Positions 59,154 through 64,000 of a stretch of DNA of 64,000 bases are shown piece after piece. The DNA is from an uncultured bacterium (lineage in GTDB: Bacteria; UBP14; UBA6098; B30-G16): assembly GCA_965552135.1 (NCBI GenBank), contig CBEVQY010000006.1, positions 8,713 to 72,712 of the forward strand. Reading direction: 5' to 3'. Within the stretch, counting starts at the first letter, position 1. The number at the start of each line of letters is the position of its first letter. Position numbers and translations under genes: made by a program. The notes under the pieces are model-generated. The model had not been told where the DNA came from. It did no database searches and worked only from the letters and a program-made list of their open reading frames with translations.

Positions 59154-61154
59154 TCAGCGTGCAAGCTTTGCGAGCATCGGCGCGATGACCAAAGAGACGA
59201 CGGACATAAGCTTTATGAGTATGTTCATCGACGGTCCGGCGGTGTCCTTGAATGGGTCGCCGACGGTATCGCCGACCACGGCGGCTTTGTGCGCCTCCGA
59301 GCCCTTTCCGCCAAGGTTTCCCGCCTCGATGTATTTTTTGGCGTTGTCCCATGCGCCGCCGCCGTTCGCCATAAAGAGCGCTATCATAACGCCCGAGAGG
59401 GTTGCTCCCGCAAGAAGCCCGCCCAAAGCCTCCGGACCGAGGAGGAACCCAACCAGGATGGGCGCAAGGACGGCTATAAGCCCCGGGAGGATCATTTCCC
59501 CCAGCGCGCCCTTGGTGGCGATGTCGACGCAGCGCTCAACGTCGGGCTCCGCCTCGCCCGCAAGAAGCCCCTTGATCTCCCTGAACTGGCGGCGGATCTC
59601 GACCACCATCTTGTCGGCGGTTCTGCCCACGGCGCGCATCGCAAGCGAGGCGATAAGGTAGGGCACAAACCCGCCCACAAGAAGCCCTATTACCACAACG
59701 GGCTTTGTGAGGCTTATGGTTGCAAGTCCAGCGGCTTTGGAGAACGCGGAGAAGAGCGCCAGCGCCGTAAGCGCCGCCGAGCCTATGGCAAAGCCCTTCC
59801 CTATGGCTGCCGTCGTGTTCCCGAGGGCGTCGAGGCGGTCGGTTATCCTGCGCACGTCGTCGCCAAGACCCGACATCTCCGTTATGCCGCCGGCGTTGTC
59901 GGCAACGGGACCGTAAGCGTCGACGCTCATCGTTATCCCAACCGTGGCAAGCATACCCACGGCGGCTATGCCTATGCCGTACATTTCAGCGAGGTGGTAC
60001 GACAGCCACATCCCAAGCGCGATGGTAATAACGGGGGCGGCAACGCTCTCAAGACCTATGGCAAGCCCCATGATGATGTTCGTTGCCGTGCCCGACTGCG
60101 ACGCCTCGGCTATCTTCCTTATGGGCGACGATGAGGTGTAGTACTCCGCCAAAAGCCCGATGGCAACGCCCACCAGATTGCCCACGATTATCACCCAGAA
60201 GACGTTGGTCGATACCCCCATAAGCTTTGTTGCCACGAACGTTCCGACGAAAAGCAGGACGCTTGCGGTGTACGTTGCGGAGTTGAGCGCTGCCGCAAGC
60301 CCTATCCGCTCGAAAAGCCTCATCGAGAGTATCCCAACGAGGGACGACACAAGCCCGATCGCGGCGACGACCAGCGGGAACGCCATATAGCTTCCGACCT
60401 TATCGCCGTAGGTTGCCGCCGACGCGGCCGCGATGGAGACCGTTGCAACCATCGCGCCTATGTAGCTTTCGAACAGGTCAGCTCCCATGCCGGCTACGTC
60501 GCCCACGTTGTCGCCCACGTTGTCGGCGATGACGCCGGGGTTTCTGGGGTCGTCTTCGGGGATGCCAGCCTCGACTTTTCCAACGAGGTCGGCGCCGACG
60601 TCGGCGCTTTTGGTGTTTTTTACGCCGCCCACGCGGGGGAAGAGCGCGATGGAGCTTGCGCCCATGGCAAATACGGAGAGAACCCTTGCCGAGGCGGTGT
60701 TGCCGAAGAAGTAGAAGAACACCCCGAGCCCCACAAGCCCGAGGGATGCCACAGCCAGTCCCATCACCGCGCCTCCGAGGAACGCGACGCGCAGCGCAAG
60801 TGGCTGACCACCCGTTTTTGCCGCCCAGCTTGTGCGCACGTTCGCGGTCGTCGCCGCAACCATCCCCAAAAACCCCGCAAGAACGGAGCACGTCGCACCC
60901 GAAAGGAAGGCTATCGCCGTCTGCCAGCGGTACTGGTCGAGCCCAAAGAGAAGAAGCAGAAACACCACGGCGACGAAGATCGAAAGCACCGAATACTCAC
61001 GGCGGAGGAAAGCCATAGCACCCCTGCGGATGAGGTCCGAGATCGCCCGCATCTTGTCCGTTCCCGTTGGGCGAGAGCGGACGTAAAGGTAGATGACCAA
61101 AGCCACGACGATCCCCACAACGCCAACAAGCGGGATCAAGAGCAGCTTGCTCAT
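59154..61154 (-). CDS. hppA: Membrane-bound proton/sodium-translocating pyrophosphatase
   Basis: Multi-TM. Motifs [18 protein letters not shown], acidic motifs ([12 protein letters not shown]). Start trimmed to MSKLLLIP. Confidence 0.9.
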   Translation of the reverse strand: MSKLLLIPLVGVVGIVVALVIYLYVRSRPTGTDKMRAISDLIRRGAMAFLRREYSVLSIFVAVVFLLLLFGLDQYRWQTAIAFLSGATCSVLAGFLGMVAATTANVRTSWAAKTGGQPLALRVAFLGGAVMGLAVASLGLVGLGVFFYFFGNTASARVLSVFAMGASSIALFPRVGGVKNTKSADVGADLVGKVEAGIPEDDPRNPGVIADNVGDNVGDVAGMGADLFESYIGAMVATVSIAAASAATYGDKVGSYMAFPLVVAAIGLVSSLVGILSMRLFERIGLAAALNSATYTASVLLFVGTFVATKLMGVSTNVFWVIIVGNLVGVAIGLLAEYYTSSSPIRKIAEASQSGTATNIIMGLAIGLESVAAPVITIALGMWLSYHLAEMYGIGIAAVGMLATVGITMSVDAYGPVADNAGGITEMSGLGDDVRRITDRLDALGNTTAAIGKGFAIGSAALTALALFSAFSKAAGLATISLTKPVVVIGLLVGGFVPYLIASLAMRAVGRTADKMVVEIRRQFREIKGLLAGEAEPDVERCVDIATKGALGEMILPGLIAVLAPILVGFLLGPEALGGLLAGATLSGVMIALFMANGGGAWDNAKKYIEAGNLGGKGSEAHKAAVVGDTVGDPFKDTAGPSMNILIKLMSVVSLVIAPMLAKLAR

Positions 61155-61286
61155 TCCCACGACCTCCCTGAGCAGGCTGTGCGTTTGCGCCCAAATAACG
61201 GAGGGTTTTGGCACAAGTCAAGGACTTTCGCCCCGGTGCGAAAACAGCTTGACACAGCGGCTTTTGTCGTTAAGATAAAGAAACTG

Positions 61287-61360
61287 CGGGGCGTGGCGCA
61301 GTCTGGAAGCGCACCTGGTTTGGGTCCAGGGGGTCGGAGGTTCAAATCCTCTCGCCCCGA
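61287..61360 (+). tRNA. tRNA-Pro (anticodon UGG)
   Basis: Hand-folded cloverleaf: acceptor CGGGGCG/CGCCCCG (C1:G72, typical of bacterial tRNA-Pro), D-arm GCGC-AGTCTGGAA-GCGC, anticodon stem CCTGG/CCAGG with loop TTTGGGT, T-arm GGAGG-TTCAAAT-CCTCT. 74 nt. CCA not encoded. Confidence 0.8.
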
Positions 61361-61384
61361 GGAAAGTTCTTCGGGAGGGAAGAG

Positions 61385-61591
61385 ATGTCGAGGGTTTGTG
61401 AGATCTGCGGCAAGCGCCCGGGCGTTGGCAACAGAGTGAGCCACTCCGCCCACAAGACCAAGCGGCGCTTTCTGCCAAATCTGCAGAAGGTCCGCGCCCT
61501 CCTGCCGAACGGCAAGGTCAAAAAAATACTTGTGTGCACCCGCTGCATAAAGGCGGGCAAGGTCCAAAAGGTGGTGCGGATAAAGGAATAG
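61385..61591 (+). CDS. rpmB: 50S ribosomal protein L28
   Basis: [28 protein letters not shown], 68 aa. Confidence 0.9.
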   Translation: MSRVCEICGKRPGVGNRVSHSAHKTKRRFLPNLQKVRALLPNGKVKKILVCTRCIKAGKVQKVVRIKE

Positions 61592-61704
61592 CACATGACG
61601 TTGAAACTCAACATGTTGCGCGGCTCTGCTTTGGTGGACTGTATCTTCATGCGCCCTGCCTTCACGCAAAACTTGTTGAAACACAATGTGTTATAAATTA
61701 AACC

Positions 61705-61733
61705 TTGACAATTAGCTTTGAGGGGTTCATATT
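61705..61733 (+). promoter_or_regulatory. Putative promoter TTGACA-N17-CATATT upstream of the 61785 gene
   Basis: TTGACA 61705-61710, 17-nt spacer, CATATT 61728-61733. RBS AAGGAGGTAGG before the ATG at 61785. Confidence 0.35.
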
Positions 61734-61784
61734 GATAAATGGAAGTTCAGGATGTTCCCCATAAACCTCACAAGGAGGTAGGAA

Positions 61785-62312
61785 ATGAGGGTTGGTAGGG
61801 TTGTTGCTTTGTTTTTGGCGGTGGGGGCGGTGCTCTTCGTTTCGGGTTGCGCCTGCAGGACCGTCTGCGAGCAGGAGGAGAGGTACGCTGATCTTATGGT
61901 CTGCATCAAAGTCAGCCAGCCCCTAAGCTACCTCTACGATGGGTGCGGCATCCTCGAGGTTTGGGGTCCCGAAGGAACTTACATGACCAAAGAGATCCCG
62001 ATGTATATGGGGACGCAGGTTGTTATCTTCCGCGAGGTTCCTGTTGGGCGCTATGTTTTGACGCTTACCTATGCGGGCATGGTCGTTACCAAGTGTGCGG
62101 TTTTGTGCGGCAGTGGCGAGGCTCAGTGGCGTGCTCAGTGCATGCAGGGGCTCAAGGAAATGCTCAAAGGAAAGCGCAAAGGCGGTGGCTGGAGACCGCT
62201 TGTGGAGGAGGAGTTCTGTTCCTCGCCCTCTCCCGCCGTGGGCTTTCAGGAGAACTGTCAGGGTGTCGTTTGCTTCAACATCCCCGAGGACGTTCTCAGG
62301 GTTGACCCGTAG
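61785..62312 (+). CDS. Hypothetical lipoprotein (Cys-rich)
   Basis: Signal peptide plus lipobox (FVSGCAC), 175 aa, no recognisable family. Confidence 0.4.
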   Translation: MRVGRVVALFLAVGAVLFVSGCACRTVCEQEERYADLMVCIKVSQPLSYLYDGCGILEVWGPEGTYMTKEIPMYMGTQVVIFREVPVGRYVLTLTYAGMVVTKCAVLCGSGEAQWRAQCMQGLKEMLKGKRKGGGWRPLVEEEFCSSPSPAVGFQENCQGVVCFNIPEDVLRVDP

Positions 62313-62392
62313 GCTCTGGAACTTCCCTATGGCGCTGCCTTAGGACAATAAGGCGGCGCCCCACCCTTTCCCCTCCAGCGGCGGAGGTCTAC

Positions 62393-63682
62393 ATGTTTCT
62401 GCCCGTGCACGCCCTTGCGGTGCTTGCTTTTCTTGCTCAGTGTGCACACTGCCCTGGCGTTGCGAAGGATAATCCGACGGCGCAGCACGAAGAGCAAAGG
62501 CTCCCGTACCAGTTCGTCATATCCCGTTCGTCCGACGACTTCACCCCCGCGGTTTCGGGTGCGACTTTCGCCATCGCGAGCCTTGCCCAGGACGAGCTTG
62601 ACATCGAGCTTGTCTTTCGCGTGGGGCGCAGGTTCACCTACTCGAAGCTCACGGAGGATGCCGCCCTCGATTTCCGTCCGGTTTGGTCGCCCGACGGGCA
62701 GGCGGTTGTGTTCGATTCTAACCGCAACCGCAGCGTTGCGCTTTGGGAGCTTGCCCTCTCCGAAAGCGAGCCAAAGCCCCTTGTCTACAGCGACGAGCAC
62801 AGCTTCTTCGGCGCATCCTTTTCGCCGGACGGCAGGGAGCTTGCCTACACGCAGGCGCCGCCGCTTGGAGCAGATTGGTGGACGAACTACCTGATCCCGC
62901 CGCGGGGCATAGGCGAAGGCGACCTCCTCGTCGTCGTAAGGGATCTTTCGAGCCAGAAGGAGCGCGTTCTGGCGCGCGGGATGCTACCGGCTTGGTCGCC
63001 GGACGGACGCCTCATTGCCTACTCGACCTTCGACGGGACGAGCTGGAACATCGCTGTAGTCGACGTTCGTTCGCGCAGCGTTCGCCGCCTGACGTCGCAG
63101 CGCGCATGGGACGACTTCTACCCGGCCTGGTCGCCCGATGGGAGGTGGATCGCGTTCTGCCGTCAGGACAGGTCGAGCAGGCGGAGCGACATATGGGCGA
63201 TCTCGTTGGATGGCGCCAAGCTCGTCCAGCTCACGAACACCCCCGACCGCGACGAGGGCGGTCCGTGCTGGACGAAGGACGGAATATACATCCACGCCGA
63301 CTCCGGCGAAAACACACCGTACGATATCGCCCTGATTCCCAACGAGCTTTTGCCCCTCGCCGCCGTCGCGGCGGAGAGCGCTCAAGCTGAGGAGCGCCCC
63401 AAGCTCGAGAGGGTGACGATACAGGTCCTAAATTCGACCCGAATACCAAAGCTTGCCGCGCGCACAGCGAAGCTTTTGGAGAAACACGGGTTTAAGGTTT
63501 CGGACGTGGGCAACTCTAAGCACGAAAGGAACCTTCGGCACGGCAAGATATACTACCGCCCCGGGCTGCGCGACGTGGCAGAACGGATCGCAAAGATCAT
63601 ACCGGGAACGCAGTACCTCCGCCAGAGTACCGCCTTCCGATACGATATCGTCGTGGTTTTAGGGAGGGACACGCGCTATTAG
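62393..63682 (+). CDS. TolB-like PD40 beta-propeller repeat protein with C-terminal LytR_C-like domain
   Basis: Repeated WSPDG(Q/R)..(V/I)(A/V)F PD40 units. C-terminal approximately 90 aa (VTIQVLNSTRIPKLAARTAKLLEKHGFKV...) resembles a LytR_C domain. Signal peptide. Confidence 0.55.
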   Translation: MFLPVHALAVLAFLAQCAHCPGVAKDNPTAQHEEQRLPYQFVISRSSDDFTPAVSGATFAIASLAQDELDIELVFRVGRRFTYSKLTEDAALDFRPVWSPDGQAVVFDSNRNRSVALWELALSESEPKPLVYSDEHSFFGASFSPDGRELAYTQAPPLGADWWTNYLIPPRGIGEGDLLVVVRDLSSQKERVLARGMLPAWSPDGRLIAYSTFDGTSWNIAVVDVRSRSVRRLTSQRAWDDFYPAWSPDGRWIAFCRQDRSSRRSDIWAISLDGAKLVQLTNTPDRDEGGPCWTKDGIYIHADSGENTPYDIALIPNELLPLAAVAAESAQAEERPKLERVTIQVLNSTRIPKLAARTAKLLEKHGFKVSDVGNSKHERNLRHGKIYYRPGLRDVAERIAKIIPGTQYLRQSTAFRYDIVVVLGRDTRY

Positions 63683-64000
63683 GGCTCTTTGCAGCACCAA
63701 ACCTTCTGCTTGTGGTTGCAGAGGGCGTCGAGGCTGTCTTGGATGCCGTACAGCGTGCCCGACGTTGAGTCAAATCTTATCCTCAACCGGGCTATAAAGC
63801 CGTCGCAAAAGCCGCACGTCCAGTCTTCGCAGTCGTCGACGTCGTTGTCCACCCAACCCCACTCGGACACGAAAAAGTTATCCCATACAGTCGTATCGAC
63901 GCATCCATATAGGAACGCGATGGCAAGCTCCCTGTGCGAGCACATATGGTATCCTTCGGGGCAGCATGTTGATGGGTTGTCGTCGCAGTTATGGTCGCCG
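63679..64000 (-). CDS. Cys-rich hypothetical protein, 5' end beyond the window (partial)
   Basis: The reading frame stays open upstream of the annotated ATG to the window edge. Many Cys/Asp/Trp residues. No family recognised. Confidence 0.25.
   Translation of the reverse strand, partial: GDHNCDDNPSTCCPEGYHMCSHRELAIAFLYGCVDTTVWDNFFVSEWGWVDNDVDDCEDWTCGFCDGFIARLRIRFDSTSGTLYGIQDSLDALCNHKQKVWCCKEP

Noticed and set aside
59121-60134. 337-aa + strand ORF
   Set aside because: Antisense to the H+-pyrophosphatase gene. Arg/Gly-rich.
61179-61439. 86-aa ORF overlapping the tRNA-Pro locus
   Set aside because: It overlaps a well-folded tRNA and the start of rpmB. No coding signal.
1-64000. Search for CRISPR arrays, rRNA genes, transposases/integrases/IS elements
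   Set aside because: No regularly spaced short direct repeats with unique spacers, no rRNA-like conserved stretches, and no DDE, tyrosine or serine recombinase motifs were found. The only large repeats are the paralogous beta-helix gene blocks.

Overview
This is a high-GC (about 60-65% by eye) bacterial chromosomal window from a diderm organism. It carries Pal, YbgF, an LPS heptosyltransferase, PBP1A and an H+-PPase.

About 50 genes are recognisable. The housekeeping set includes prmC, ftsY, panB, moxR, ffh, a DUF89 gene, nfi, an M28 peptidase, mutS, mrcA, the infC-rpmI-rplT-pheS operon, tsaE-rng, pal-ybgF, a GT9 gene, mcsA-mcsB, ispF, hppA, tRNA-Pro(UGG) and rpmB.

At least eight secreted proteins end in Type IX secretion C-terminal sorting domains: seven type A, and one type B with the PNPFSPNGDG motif. 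Two small PorP/SprF-like outer-membrane proteins carrying the N-terminal NPA motif lie next to cargo genes. This suggests an FCB-superphylum-like lineage, which is an inference.

The main accessory feature is a compositionally distinct, AT-richer island at about 14.2-25.2 kb. It encodes what looks like a new alpha-glucan capture and uptake system:
- a PorP-like outer-membrane protein;
- a 481-aa outer-membrane beta-barrel;
- a 770-aa protein with two N-terminal CBM48/AMPK-beta-type glycogen-binding domains fused to a C-terminal beta-barrel-like region ending in ...VRF;
- a small CBM48 lipoprotein;
- a signal-peptide GH57 enzyme flanked by CBMs;
- MalEFG-like ABC components, with a MalK-like ATPase just outside the island at native GC.

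Upstream, two T9SS cargo proteins appear to belong to the same theme. One carries CBM-like modules and the other a glucodextranase-like domain.

Other notable items:
- two tandem beta-helix T9SS cargo paralogs with nucleotide-identical termini and divergent 66-bp-periodic repeat cores;
- a second small AT-rich module with an XRE regulator, direct-repeat operators, a tail-fibre-like repeat protein and a 166-aa mini T9SS cargo;
- an McsA/McsB arginine-kinase pair translationally coupled behind pal-ybgF-GT9;
- a TolB-like PD40 propeller fused to a LytR_C domain;
- four intergenic sites matching TTGACA-N17-nAnATT, taken as promoters.

No rRNA, CRISPR array, transposase or integrase was found.
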